Assembly (NCBI GenBank): GCA_964016885.1
Contig: OZ024741.1
Coordinates: forward strand, 286,874,001-286,938,000
Reading direction: 5' to 3'
DNA length: 64,000 bases
DNA from: Eledone cirrhosa
Taxonomy: Eukaryota
Made by a program: the position numbers and the translations under genes. The notes under the pieces were generated by a model that saw only the letters and a list, made by a program, of their open reading frames with translations, was not told the origin of the DNA and ran no database searches. Below, piece after piece: positions 1 to 14,082 of the stretch. Position 1 is the stretch's first letter; every line of letters starts with the position of its first letter.

Positions 1-217
1 GTGAACATAGCTCTTGACTTCTTGCTCTGACCACAATGAGAAAATTGCTGCACACTCTCCCACACAAGTCATGTAACACTTTGTAACACCACATGACCCT
101 TTCCACCAATTTGGATATTTCCACAATGCTGCTTTGTGGCAAAGATGTTTAGAGATATGTTTATAGATTGCAGGGAATTATTATACACTGAAGATCTTCT
201 TTTTTTTCTTCACTCAC

Positions 218-450
218 TTATTCCTGAGAAGGTCGTGGGGGCAGAGTCTTCAAACAGTCCATCCAATGGGGTCCTATCAGAAGCAACTGTCTCCAACTAA
301 TCCAGCTGAATCCCCAAGTGTGACAAACCAAGATCATGGATGTTATCCAACCATTTTGCTCAGGGTCTACCCCTGGGTCTCCTACCTGTTGGTTTTGGCC
401 ATAAAATCTGTCCCACGATTCTTTCCTGAGACATTCTAACCACATGACGA
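218..450 (-). mobile_element. RTE-clade LINE 3' remnant (decayed ORF2 C-terminus)
   Basis: An alternative minus frame reads HVVRMSQERIVGQILWPKPTGRRPRGRP*AKWLDNIHDLG, the RRPRGRP...W motif typical of RTE C-termini. Contains stops and a frameshift. Confidence 0.7.
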
Positions 451-1155
451 TAGTATCAGAGCTGTGATAATTACATAAATTTGTATAAAACTGATCCTTT
501 AATCTTCAGTAATATGCCTCTCTAAAATCTGTTCCCCAGGCAGTTACCTATTTGGCTTTAATGGCAGCACCAGCGTTACATAACTAAAGAGTAAATATGA
601 AAGGCTCCATTATTTTCTCAGAATAAAATGGGTATTGCAGCTAGCAAAGAAAATAAAAACTATCTGCATATATACAGACATAGACAAATTATATACATAA
701 TCTACACGTCAGAAAATACAAATAAACCAAAGAATGAAATACCCCCCCCCCCCTCCCACACACACAAACAAAAAAAAAAAGCAAGCTTATTGCAAAAACG
801 TTGTTTCATGTACATATATATGTTTCAAAATAACTAATGATGCTAGCATGGAGAAAAAGAGCAGTTTATCTTGGAAGAAGGATGGAAGGGTTACTATTTC
901 ACTCTACACTTTGAAAGATATATATTCCTTTGTCATCAACAAGTAAGAGGTAGCTATTAAGAATCTCATTAACAAATGTAATTAAGATGCCAATTGATCA
1001 TCTTGTCAAAATAATAGATGCTGGTTTATGTCAAAATGGTATGAAACATGTAACTCATGTCTTAAGCAGCAGCTTGAAATGTCAGTCAACTTATGTTAGC
1101 TAAGTTATATCAAGAATGTAATATGGAAAGAATATATACAAGAATGCAAAATGAT

Positions 1156-1779
1156 CAGGGTCGGTGCTACCATTTAGGCCAACTAGGCAGCCACCTAGAG
1201 CACAAATTTCTGAAAAAGCACATTTCAGAACCTTAACCCTTTACCATTCACATTATTCTATGTATACTATTATATTTTCATGGTAAATGATTTATCTCAC
1301 ATAATTATCTCACATAATATTGAATCTATGAGATTTTGAAAGTATTTATTTTGAGAACAATACATTAACATCAGTTTGAGTGACCAGTTACAGCCAGTTT
1401 CAACAGAAAAAGGTAGAGAATTCTGGCCGGTTTTGGCCGGTTTGAACTTTAAAGGGTTAAAGGATCACAGTTTTATACAACTTTGTATAATTAAATATAT
1501 AATAATTTCTTATGATTGATAAATGAAATGCTAAATATCTTTACTGCATAGCAGTATTATGATGGAGACAGTTGGATTGGTGAGTGTGGTCAGTGTAGTG
1601 GGAAATGCAGATTTAATAGTTTTTTGCATATGGTCAGAAGAAGAAGTGTTAAAAACTTGGTTTGTCAACTTACTAAAGTTGAAATTATTTTATTTGTGAG
1701 AATGAAGTACATAATTGGGAGAAGGGAGGATACGATGTGCAGTTAGCCTAGGGCACTATATATCCAGGCACTGGCTTTG
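1156..1779. mobile_element. Putative hAT-like MITE carrying a nested piggyBac MITE
   Basis: Imperfect termini CAGGGTCGGTGCT and GGCACTGGCTTTG, with subterminal CCTAG motifs. The TSD is not clean. Confidence 0.4.
1237..1456. mobile_element. piggyBac-type MITE
   Basis: TTAA|CCCTTTA ... TAAAGGG|TTAA: inverted termini with a TTAA target duplication. Confidence 0.7.
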
Positions 1780-1810
1780 GGAAGGATCATTATAGTCAAG
1801 TACCTTAGAG

Positions 1811-1990
1811 TGGTGGATTAGCAGATTGTTAAAGCCTTGGACAAAATACTTTTTAGTATTTCTTCCAGCTTTTTGGTATTTGTTGCAGCTTTTGGCATTC
1901 TGAGTTCAAATCCTAGTGAAGTCAACTTTGCCTTTTATCCTTCAGTGTTGATAAAATAAAGTACCAGTCATGAACTGAGGTCTACATAAT
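1811..1990 (+). mobile_element. tRNA-derived SINE (family A), old copy
   Basis: B-box GAGTTCAAATCC followed by the family core GTCAACTTTGCCTTT...GATAAAATAAAGTACCAG. Confidence 0.7.
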
Positions 1991-2564
1991 CAATTGCTCC
2001 CCTCTTTACTTCAAATTGCTGGATTTTGCCTGCCTAAATTAGAAACCCTTGGGAAGATGTGTTCACCTGACCTGATTAGCCTCATAACATGACCACCAAT
2101 TTAACACATACAAGCATTAAACAGAGGTGATGATGATTATGCAGTTACATAAACACACACGCCTCCCCCCCACATATATATAAGAATAAGAAAGATGTTG
2201 TGTTTACATGAAGCGTTTATTCATTACAATTATTTCTATAGGGGCATGTATGCATTCAAGATGCAATAGTTGCATTTGTTGCTGGTATGAGTGTGATTTC
2301 CTCAGATGAATTTACGTTTATATGATATGCTGCAGACAAAAACATGTTCTTCTTGCGTGCCCTACAAGCATATAAGTTCCTAAAAGGGTCCTTCGAGCTA
2401 TTGTGTTTACAATTTGAGGAGCGAGGCATGACTGATATGTTATTCTTATATTGAATCTCCATTGTAACTACACATTATGAATGTAGAGAGCTTTCTCCTG
2501 CTTACTCCTGTTTTTACCAAAGTGGCACCACAGCTCACATGGATAAAGAAATTTTTTACTGGAT

Positions 2565-2598
<34 letters not shown>

Positions 2599-2949
2599 TG
2601 CTTAGGGTGGCAACCAACTTCAAATGCACCCTGCATATGGCTATCATACAAAGATGTAAGTATTAAAAATTGTTACTAAAAATATAAACATGTTATACTG
2701 TTGCTTAATTAATAAAATCATTAATCAACATGTGCATTAAATGTTGCCAGTCATATATCTTTTTATTCTTTTACTTCTTTCAGGAATTTGCCTTAAAGGG
2801 TTTTTTAGTTAATCAACATCAGTGCTTATTTTTTCAAGTCTGGTGTATATTTTATCAATCACTTTTTGTCAAACTGTTAGGTTGCAGAATATAAACAAAC
2901 AGTAAACTAACATAGACATGAATGGAGACATCATCACACATGTGTGGAT

Positions 2950-3135
2950 CATCATCATTCTCACAATTTACCATCCATTTTCCATGCTTGTATGGGTTAG
3001 ATGAGTTGATCTGTTGTGAGACAAGTCAGATCAAGTGACTGTATCTTGCTCACACAGAACAGTTTCTGGTTTGGTTTCTATGGCTGGATGCCTTTCCTAA
3101 TGCCAACCACATTTGCAGTGTAGACCAGGTGCTTT
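2950..3135 (-). mobile_element. SINE-like repeat, family B (other copies near 6610-6850 and 7655-7830)
   Basis: Shared block GGCTGGATGCC(C/T)TTCCTAA..CCAACC and CCATGCTAGCATGGGTTAGA, with a (CAT)n end. Confidence 0.6.
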
Positions 3136-5074
3136 TTATCGTGGCATCGTGGTCTGTTTTCTAGAGCTAAGAGAATTGGGTGCTTTTCATCATGAAACTG
3201 ATACTACCACTTTACAGGGTAGACTTGATGCAGTTTATCATAGCACCGGTACTATCTCATTGCAACTCAAGGATTTGCTGGTTGGGGGTACAGACATCTC
3301 ACTGTGGTGGAGGAAATGCCAGGTCATGGAAGTGGCCTTAAAACAAGTGGATGGTGTCTGACATATTGTGGCCTGCATTGATAGTTTCTCCAGTTGCAGC
3401 CTGGTGAATTCTGTGCCAGGTTTTGTTATCTGTTAAGCTGAAGATCGGATATTGTTGAAATAGTAGCTGCTCTTGGATATATATATGAATAAATAGTATC
3501 AATCTTGATGCACTGAAACATACAGTGAGGTTGTCTGAGTTTGACTGTCCTTTTTTCCATTCTTTTTTTCCATTGCCTGTGTCCTGTGTGCCCACCGTTT
3601 TGGATTCATATTCGAAACTCTTAGCCATGCAGGCATTTTTCAAACTAACTAAAAAAAAAAATAAATGAAATTTACAGCTGACTCATATACAGGTTTAGCT
3701 GGCCTCTTGTGAGGTTGCATTTCATTGGAGGTTTTTGGGGTGCCCTATCATGAAAAACATCATGAAATGAAGAATCTTCTTAAGAACACAATGCTCCACC
3801 TGGTACAGGAATCAAACCAATGATCTTATGGTTGTGAATCCAACACCCTCGCTACTGAGTCACGTGCATTCATGCACTCAGTGTATTAGATAGCTTATGA
3901 TGAGAGAAGTAGCCAACAGAGCTTCTATGTAATTATTGCTCCAGCTGGCCATTTAGAATCAGAATCTGCCTCCACTAACTCCTTCCTTGCTGTTTCTTTT
4001 ATTAGTTTGGGGTGGGGGTGAGTTGACACAAATATAAGAATACTGAAATTCACACTTGACAGAAAGTTGACTTATTCCTTCATAGCAATAAAATAATACC
4101 ATGCTGATTACTTATAAAGTGTAGCAATAACATATTTCAAATGTAAAACTGCCTGTGTAGTTAGCAACTGTAATAGTTTGGTAGTTCGAAAGCTTAAGTT
4201 TGAATCATGCTTGAAAAATGTCTCTGAAAGTAAAGTTTGAGAGATTAACATCTTGTCATGTTAGGTACAGAGATCAGTTACAATATTACTACATTGCTCT
4301 CATATCTATTGAAAGACTTAGCTAAAATAAATATAAGGTAGCTGTAAACCTTTTTTCCAAATCATTAGCTTGCTCAACCAAATCTGTTTGGTATCAAAAC
4401 CTAGCTCTTTTTGTTTTCATTATCCCGACCAAGGCATAAGAATTAAATAATTAATATATGAAAGCATTCTGAGTAATTGAAGTCATTATTCTGCTCACAG
4501 TTCTAATGCAGCATATATATTATGAATGTGCTTTAATAACTATTAATTCTTTCCTTGGAACATTCAAATGAACACTCCCATTTTAAAAGGAATCCTGTAT
4601 TGAATCATTCTTTGGGGAAAAAAAAAACAGATTTCTAATATAGGCACAAGGACAGCAGTTTGAGGGAAAGGTAAAGTAGATTAAATTCACCCAGTACTTG
4701 ACTGGTACTTTATTTCATCATTCCCAGAACAATGAAAGACAAAGGTGACCTCACTAAACAACAACATCAATGATTTCTAACATTAGAGCCAGATCTCCTT
4801 GAAATAACAAAATAACGAAGGACACATCAGATAATGTTCTTTAAGACACTACTAAAATGATGAGATGTACTTTAATTTTTATAAACAGACACAAATGAAA
4901 TCTACCACATCATAGAAAGGAAATACATTTTTAGCTGTGAATTTCATGTTTAGCATTCTCTCTCTCACTCACACTCTCTCTTCATTCTATCTCTCTCATT
5001 CTCTCTCTTCACATCTCTCTCATTCTCTTACTTCATCTCTCTCTCTCTCATTCTCTCTTTATCTCTTTGTCTAG

Positions 5075-5800
5075 GCGATTGGGTCAGGTCAGAGCAGATT
5101 TGATTGGATCATATTGTCTAATCCAGTCTGTTCTGATCCAGTCCAATGTGCTCTTATCTGACCCAGTCTAGTCCAGAGGAATCCAATCCAGTCTGATCCT
5201 GATCTGATCTGGACCATTTTGATCCAGTCTGAGCTGATTTGATCTAGCCTAACCCAGTCTTATCCTAATCCGATACAGTCAGGTTTGATCTGGTCTGAAC
5301 CAATCCAGTCTGATCTGGTTTAGTCTGGTCCAATCAAGCCTGATCCAATTTGGTCTGATCTGGTCTGATCCAGTTTGAACCAGCCTGATTCAACCCAGTC
5401 TGGTGTGATCTGATCTGATCAGATCCATTCTGATCCAATTCCATTTGATCTGATCAGGTTTGACCCAATCTGACCTGGGGCAATCCAATCCAGCCTGATC
5501 TTAATCCAATCTGATCTGGACCATTTTGATCCAGTTCAAACTAATCCAATCTAGTCTGAAGCAATCCAATATGTCTAATCCTGATCCTATCTGACCCAGT
5601 CATGGCTGATCTGATCCAGTCTTGTCTGTTCCTATCCTATTTAGCCTTATCCAGATCCGATCTGATGCAGTCGGGTCAGATCCAGTCTGATCTAATCTGG
5701 TCTGATCCAGTCAGATCAGATTTGGTCTGATCTGATCAGGTTTGAACTAATCCAGTCTGATCCGGTCCAGTTCGACCCATTCCAATCCAATCTGCTTTGT
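5075..5800. repeat. Degenerate pentamer-periodic satellite (TCTGA/TCCAG/TCCAA)
   Basis: About 725 bp of 5-bp periodic words. Confidence 0.8.
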
Positions 5801-8029
5801 TCAAACCTGGAGAATGATGAACTCTGCCAGGTTTAACATGCCCAAGACATACTGTTTGTCAGAACAGCACCCTCCCAACTCTATCAGGTGTTATGAACCC
5901 TGTCTTTACCTTTTTAAAACTGAAATATGATACATTTCTTTTGTTGACCTGAGTTCTCACATATATATATATAACAAAGGTGGAGAGTTTATTGAATTGA
6001 CCTTGCTATATGACTGGTAGCAATCAGAGGTATTTTAAGGCACAGGACAAAATGCCTTGTGGTATTTGCTTTTGTCTTTCAAGTTCAAATCATGCCAATG
6101 TTAACTTTGCCTTTAATCTCTCTCAGGGTCAATAAAATAAAGTACCAATCTAGGGTTCATATTAAAATGCTTACTACTCATATCCAAATTATCTTGTACC
6201 CACATTAAAAAGTGTATTGCTCATCTTGCTCCCATATCAAAATTGCTTCATATACCATTCTCATGTTCCTTCTTTTTCTTTGATTAGTTTCAGTTCAAAA
6301 CTTTAACAACTCTGCCAATTTGCTGCCTGAAAGACAGTTAAACATTTTATCATATTCCCAATGTATTGTAATGTCTATTCTATCATAGTTAGAATAGACA
6401 TTACAATACAGCACGAGGAAACAATAGTACCACTGATGATGTCACAGGTGTGTGATGAAATAACTTTGATAGACTATTTAACCATTAGTCAATCAATGAT
6501 AAACATTGATTGACAGCTAGATTAATTATAGGGATATAAAATATACAGAAGCAAAAACCAATCCAACAAACTGTGAATGTGTTTTATTATTATTTCTGGC
6601 AATATTATAACAATCATTCTTCCACGTTAGCATGGGTTAGATGGGTTGTCCTGTTGTGGGCAGTGTCTGGTCAGCTGACTTTGTCTTGCTCATACGGGAA
6701 CTGATTTTGGCTTGATTTCTACAGCTGGATGCCCTTCCTAACACCAACCTCATTTACAGTGAGTGCTGGGTGCTTTTTTCCATGGCGCCTACACGTCCAC
6801 TTCACAGTGTGGGCTGGGTGCTTTTTTGCCGTGGCGCCTACACGACCACTTTGCATTTGAATGATATGAACCCCAGTCCCTATCATCTCATTTCTACAGC
6901 TGAGTAAACTGGAGCAATGTGAAATAAAGTGTCTTGCTCAAGGAAACAACACATCACCTGGTCCGAGAATTGAACTCACAACCATTCGATTGCAAAGCCA
7001 TGCGTCTTTATATATATATAATCATTTTCGTCATCAACGTTTTAATGTCCATTTTCCCTGCTAGCAAGGGTTGGTCGGGTCTACATATACCAAGTCATTA
7101 CTGAAGCAGTGGCTACTGATCTCCCAGATAAACACACACACACACATATATACATAACAAGTTTATACGATATATAAAAAAAATATTAGTATTTTGAACA
7201 TATATACAGAGCAATTAATTTGTAAGTAAATATACTTACTTCAAGATGGTAACAAAGCTTACAATGCCTTAGACAGTTTTTTTTTTTATGAAACCCATTG
7301 AAAAAACACAAACCATTGATCTTAGTAATTAGTATCAATCACCAATTATCGAGATCTGTCTAAGGCACCGTAGTCTTTGTTACCATCTTAAAGTAAGAAT
7401 ATTTCCTTGTAAATTAATTGTTGTGTTTATATGTACAACACATTTGTAGTTTCTCAATGGATATCTACCAATTTTATATATTATTTAAATGTGTTGTAAA
7501 ATTGATGTTTTCAACTAATGTTCATGGAGTTTTTTATTGAGAAACATAATAGATATATATTTTATATATATTGATTCAATCAAAATATAGTAAATATATA
7601 TATATAGTAAATATATATATATATATGTATATGTATATATAAATATATCATCAACGTCATCATCACCATCATTTAACATCTATTTTCCATGCTAGCATGG
7701 GTTAGACGGTTTGTCCCATTTGAGACAAATCAGGTCATGTGACTATCTGTTGCTCATACAAAACTGTTTCTGGCTTGCTTTCTAATGCCCTTCCTAATGC
7801 CAATTATATTTACAGTGTGGACTGGGTGCTTTTTGTTTTGGCACCATATGTAGCTAGCAGGGAAAACGCATGTTAAAACAACAATATATATATGTATTAT
7901 CAAAACACCCCCCCGTCCCACCACCTCCACCCCATCCACACCGCCCCTTTCAATGTACAGTTATGTTGGTCCCACAACATCCAGGCCGAAACAAATGAGA
8001 TCGTGTAGGTGTCACGACAAAAAAAACAC

Positions 8030-8372
8030 ACAGTCCACGCTGTAAATGTGGCCGTGTAGGCAACACGGTAAAAACCTCCCAGCCCAACACTGTAAATGTG
8101 GTTGGTGTTAGGAAGGGCATCCAGCTGTAGAAAACCCGCCAGACAGTCCACGCTGTAATGTGGCCGTGTAGGCAACATGGTAAAAACCTCCCAGCCCCAC
8201 ACTGTAAATGTGGTTGGTGTTAGGAAGGGCATCCAACTGTAGAAAACCCGCCAGACAGTCCTATGCGAGCAAGACAACCACTCTTGCCTCAAGTGGGAAA
8301 ACCCCCGTCCAAACCCATGCAAGCGTGGAACACGGACGCTAAACCTGATGATGATGATGATGATGATGATGA
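8030..8372 (+). mobile_element. SINE-like family B copy with an internal ~121-bp tandem duplication and a (GAT)n tail
   Basis: GGTTGGTGTTAGGAAGGGCATCCA occurs twice, and the copy ends in a GATGATGAT run. Confidence 0.65.
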
Positions 8373-8391
8373 TACACACACACACATACGA

Positions 8392-8670
8392 GTGGATTGG
8401 TTGTTGGTTGGCTGGTTGTTTGGTTGGTTGCATGGTTGGCTAGTTGACTAGTTTATCGGTTGGCTGGATGGCTGGATGGTTGTTCAGATGATTGGATGGC
8501 CAGTCGGTGCACTGGTTGACTGGATGGTTGGGTCGGTTGAATGGTTGGCTAGTTGGTTGGTTTGTCCGTTGGCTTGTTGGTTAGGTGGTTGGATGGTTGG
8601 GCTGGTTGGATGGTTGAGCCGGCTGGTTCGTGGGTGGGTAAGCTAGGTAAGCAGGTGAAGTAAGTTGGTT
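8392..8670. repeat. Degenerate (GGTT/GGAT/GGCT)n tetranucleotide repeat
   Basis: Visible directly in the sequence. Confidence 0.8.
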
Positions 8671-8759
8671 ACATAAGATTGCTACCATAATTACAGGTGT
8701 GAGTCAGTCAAATACAATGTGTGATTTTAAAAGTGTAGGAGGATTCATCTGTTGGGTTT

Positions 8760-8855
<96 letters not shown>

Positions 8856-8858
8856 TAG

Positions 8859-8907
<49 letters not shown>

Positions 8908-8908
8908 A

Positions 8909-9002
<94 letters not shown>

Positions 9003-9004
9003 TA

Positions 9005-9086
<82 letters not shown>

Positions 9087-9087
9087 T
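8760..9087. repeat. (TAC)n microsatellite
   Basis: About 109 units. It is the source of the poly-T/V/S/Y ORFs in the track. Confidence 0.97.
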
Positions 9088-9185
9088 TAGCAACAGTAAT
9101 CAAGTACTTTGGGGACATAGTCCAAAACGTCGAAATTAACACCATTTCACTTTTTCACAGTGGTAACTCAATAGTTATCATATCC

Positions 9186-9267
<82 letters not shown>

Positions 9268-9270
<3 letters not shown>

Positions 9271-10275
9271 AATAATGAAATTATTGTGTAAAGTGCTCAG
9301 GTGCACTACAACTCGTTAAAGGTGCATGTATAGTACATAGAATAATATACAAATGTCAGGGAAGTGAATAGTGTATGAGTCATGATATACATGTGTGTAT
9401 GTGTATGGAGGGGGAACATTGGGTGTAGTGTTGGCGAATCTCGGGAAGCATAGAGGTTTTAAAGGATGCAGTGTACTCAGGGTTGTTGTTGGCAAGATGG
9501 TTAACAATTTTGTGGGTGTTTACCAAGTCAGTTGCCAGGCGTCGGAGCTTCAATGTATTCATGCCCAGGAAAGCAAGGCGTTCAGAGTATGGTAGATGCC
9601 TGATGGAGGGTATTCGCTTGGTTGCACGTCTCTGAACAGTTTCCAGGCGGTCAATGTTCTGAGCAAGATAGGGGTTCCAGACTGGTGATGCAAATTCTAA
9701 GTGTGGCCGCACCATAGCCATGTACAGCCTTAAATAGATAGCTGGAGAGCGGCTGACAAAGGTCTTGCTGAGTGATGCTAAGACACCCTCAGCCCTCTTG
9801 ACAATTTTAGAGACGTGCTTCGTCCAACGCAAATCGCTGCTGACCGTAATTCCCAGGTCACGTTCACAAGAAGACTTCTTGATATTAGTGCTGTGGAGGG
9901 AGTATGTGGAGGCTGGGTTTTTACTCCCAAAATGCATGGTGGTGCACTTGTCCACAGCTAGCTTGAGTTGCCAGTCTGAGATCCATTGTTGCATTGTGTC
10001 CAGGTCAGACTGCAAGCAAGATCTATAGTGTTCAGGATCTGTCCTTTTTATCTCAAGGTGCAGCTTGATGTCATCTGCGTACTTTAGTACTGTGGCATTC
10101 TTTAAGTTGGCATCTATGTCATTAATATATGCCACAGACAAAAGGGGGCCAAGAACAGATCCCTGTGGTACACCAGATGACATCTCATATGGTGAGGAAT
10201 GCTGTCCCAGAACCATGACTACCTATCTTCGACTGAGAATGAAGGACTTCAACCAGTTAAAAAGATCATCCTTCA
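9268..10275 (-). mobile_element. CR1-clade LINE, 5'-truncated RT and 3' end
   Basis: ORF 9380-10216 has SGVPQGSVLGPLL, YADD, ERDLGI, VRPHLEFASPVWNP and VQRRATK. Confidence 0.9.
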
Positions 10276-10556
10276 CACACATTGCAGAGAGTTGTGTCTG
10301 TGAACGTGATGAGTTTGTGTGTGTGTATGTTCAGAGTTGCTCAATTCTTTGGGAACATGTCTTTTAATAGCACTAACGCTTTTCTAACTTGTTCTGATTA
10401 TCATTTCCTTTTAGAGAAATCATCTTTACCTTAAAGGCAGAACATAGGGACTTAAAGGTTGTTTGCTTTCTGAAAATTTACAAAGAGCTGGAAGCCATTG
10501 GCAAGGATTCTACAGCAGTGCCCCAATTTAAATCACCTGCTAAGGGTTCTAATTCC

Positions 10557-11232
10557 ATCAGAACACCCAAATTTGTACGAAAGGTGCTGAAAATTATAAA
10601 TCAGCAGCGTTGCTAAGGAGCTCATGGTTTCAAGGTACACTAGCGGAAGAAATATACATGACAACCTTCGATACAAGCCATATGTAATGTGGAGAGGTTA
10701 ATTCATGTCTGAAAAAAAAAAAAAACTAAACAAAAAAACAAATTGATCCTCGCAAAACACTTTTTGAGAAAGTTGTAACATCAAGAGCCTGGAATACTTT
10801 GGATTTTCTCTGATGAGAAAAACTTTGATCAGGACCAAAAGCTCAACCAAAGAAATAACAGATGGTTATGCAGAGACAAAAAACAAAATAAGACAAAAAA
10901 ACTTCTGACGGTCATGCACAGAAAGGTTCCGACACTGTGATGGTTATGAGAGTCATGAGCAACGAGTGAGTTGTTATGACACCTCACCTCTTTCGTCAAG
11001 GCTTAAGGGCCAATGCTGCTGACAATAAGAAGATGTTGGAGAGGGTTGTGATGCCTTGGATAGAGAGTGGGAGCAAAGGAAAACAGTACACCAACCAACA
11101 AGACACTGTGCCGTCCCAGAAGGCCAAGATGACCCAAGAATGATGAGCTACAATCTCCAAGATCACTTTACCGAAAACATATGACTTCCTTGCTATCAAG
11201 ATCTGAACCCGTTGAACTACTACACATGGGGC
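10557..11232 (+). mobile_element. Decayed Tc1/mariner transposase (maT/DD37D-like)
   Basis: Frameshifted WIFSDEKNFDQDQKLNQRNNRWL, QQDTVPSQKAK and DLNPLNYYTWG motifs. Confidence 0.75.
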
Positions 11233-11565
11233 GAATTAAAAAAAACATGAGGGAAATCAATAAACATTCAACAAATCAAATAGTGGTCGATACAAACGGA
11301 ACACATTTCCGATTTTCAATATCACCAGTATGATCACCTTCAGGGTGAACTGGGTGCATTTTTGTCGTGGTATCAGCACTACCATCACACGGGGTACCCT
11401 TTGTTGTTGCACCAGCACGGATAGATAGATAGACACATAAATAGCTAAAAATAGCTACTCTATACAACTGGCCATTTTGTGAACACTGTAGGTGAGAGAG
11501 ATATGCAGAGGAAGATATTAAATTTCCATTTCCCAGTCAAATCTAGAACAAAGTAGTTGTCATAT

Positions 11566-11646
<81 letters not shown>

Positions 11647-11733
11647 GTATATATATATAGAAAGAGAGAGAGACACAGATAGATACAAAAATATAAACAA
11701 AACAACCAAGACTGTCAAGTATACACTTAATTG

Positions 11734-11761
11734 ACCGACAAATGTTTCGCCTCGTCAGAGT
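11734..11761 (-). ncRNA. Minimal type I hammerhead-like motif, stem II almost absent
   Basis: Minus strand reads act CUGACGA GGC GAAAC auuu GUC ggu. Confidence 0.5.
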
Positions 11762-12156
11762 GTGTAAAAAATTAAATTAGATTAACGAGATATTATCATC
11801 CGTTGTGCATATTCGTGCAGTACTAGCCAGCGTAAATATGTCAGTGACCTAGCTACAACCACAAGTTAAAGGGAGATAACTAGAAAATCTATTTAAGGGG
11901 CAGTAACTCTATTTGTTTAATCCATATTTTTGTACATATGCTCCGCTCTGCGAAAAGCATAACCACACAGTGATTGGATCGTACCATCGGTTTAACTTTG
12001 GATGCTCTACACCCTTCACACACGTGGATTATCAACTCCCATTGAGTTTAAACTTTACTTTGCCAAACATATAGTTGTTTTCTCAACTTATAGTTGGTGT
12101 TATTAAGTTAGACATGGCCTGGGTCAATACTGGGCGAAACCTATCAGTTATCGAAG

Positions 12157-12194
<38 letters not shown>

Positions 12195-13306
12195 TCCCGC
12201 CATCACGTAAAATTATATATATATATTCTCCCGTCACCACGTAAAATTTGTAAATCGGTGGCTAGTCAAGGGACAGAATTGTATCGGATTCCAGTTGCTA
12301 ATCGCTTTACCGTGTCGGTTGTCACAAACAGTCATGACCGGCATGAGCTGGGGTTTGGATTCTGTCGATCGATTGGTTATTGATTAGGCGATACCCGCTG
12401 ATGAAGCGGCATAAGCCGATTAGGCATTGTTGCATAATATATGTAGACGGAGGGTGCAGTGCACATTAAGTGCGGCGGATACTCGAGTCTACTCTCTCAT
12501 AAATATTGGGTAGACAACAATCTAATGAAACCTTTAATATATTATGAGAGAGTAGACTGTATTTAAAATTAAATATAAATATATAACTTTTTATATAAGG
12601 GATTCGATTGAGGCACTATATAATGTCTATTAGAGCAAGGAATTTAATTATTATAATGAGCTAGTTACGTCCCCTTACGCATTAGCTCCCCTTAATTCCA
12701 TATCCACTTCCGGATATTAAACCGTTGAAAATTCTCGCAGTTAAATAACTCTAATCCATAAATATGGATTAAATAACACTAAGTTACAATCCATTACTAT
12801 AACAAACATTCAATACACATATATCTTAACTTATGTAATGGATGTGAAATCTGTAACTTTCATATTCTACACACATACAAATTTGAACTATACAGAAAAT
12901 ATCCTCGCATTGCATCCACCATAATACACTAACATATTCGCTTGAAGTGCTTGTATTTTATGTAATACCCTGCCATATAGTACTCATATATGCATGATAC
13001 ATTTGCTTGTTCCATTCCTTTATATATGACTAACGCATGTACTATCTCTCTAATTTAATTATTACACTATTCTCTTGTATTATCTGTATTATCTGACGCA
13101 TGTATTCCACCCTATGCTTTTAATTTTAATTTTAATTTTAATTTTAATCTTAATTTGAATTATTGTACAATTCTCGTATAATATAATATATGTCGCATCC
13201 ATTCCACACTGTAAACATGAAACTGTTGTCCACAACATCAATATATATGTATCTGTATGATTCTTCAGTTGAATATGAGGTTTATTATATGTACAAACAT
13301 TGATAA

Positions 13307-13353
13307 TGCTCCGAGGATCCCAGGCCTAAGTTTGGAAGAAACAATTGTCAGCG
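13307..13353 (+). ncRNA. Type I hammerhead-like motif (U4C variant)
   Basis: ugcu CCGAGGA ucccaggc cuaa guuuggaa GAAAC aauu GUC agcg. Stem III is the palindrome ACAAUUGU, and ATTAAA follows. Confidence 0.6.
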
Positions 13354-13715
13354 ATTAAATGTTTTAAACATAACTTTGATACTTGTGTATTCTCTCTCTC
13401 TCTCTATATATATTCATATATTCATACGTATTCATACGTATGTATATACATATACATATATACATACATATGTATATACATATACATATATACATACATA
13501 TATGTATATACAAATAATAAAAAAGTAAACGACTATAATTGTCATTTATATTAAATAAATTATGATAGTTGAGCATAAGTATAGGTAACTTATAGCTAAT
13601 ATTAAATCTCGAGAAGGTACAAAAATGTATATCTAGGCTAAAAAAAAAAAGAATTCTAAAGACTATAATCAACAGCAGTAGCCAAACGTAAAACCCCGGT
13701 TAAGAGTCCTAATAG

Positions 13716-13912
13716 CATCAGAACTCCCAGAATTGTACGAAAGGTACCAAAAATTATCGATAAGAGCCCGAGAAAGTCAATTAGCAGCATTGCTAAGGTG
13801 CTCATGGTTTCAAGACACACTATCGGAAGAATTGTGCATGGGCTTTCGATACACGTCACGTGATGCGGAGAGGCTAATTCATGTCTGCAAGAGAAAAGAT
13901 AACCATTTAATT
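13716..13912 (+). mobile_element. Fragment of the same maT-like transposase family as 10557-11232
   Basis: Nucleotide similarity to 10557-10715 (ATCAGAAC..TTGTACGAAAGGT..GCTCATGGTTTCAAG..AATTCATGTCTG). Confidence 0.65.
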
Positions 13913-14082
13913 TTTGTCAGCTGAATTAACTGAAGCAAAGTGAAATAAAGTGTCTTCCATAAGGAGAAAACGTGTCGCTGGGAATCGAACTCAAAACCAC
14001 ACGATCGTGAGCCGCTAAACCACTAAACCACGCATCAACACTGGGCGTTTTACAGAACACATGCATACATCAGTTGAGTTCA

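Noticed and set aside
2256-2462. Possible host exon
   Set aside because: No recognisable protein in any frame and no convincing splice pair.
6426-6475. HHR-like CTGATGA-stem-GAAAT
   Set aside because: Stem II forms but stems I and III do not. At best a decayed copy.
8699-9145. Poly-T/V/S/Y ORFs, and similar YI, CV, SL and TH-repeat ORFs across the window
   Set aside because: These are translations of microsatellites.
12395-12430. CTGATGA followed by a hairpin
   Set aside because: No downstream GAAA core.
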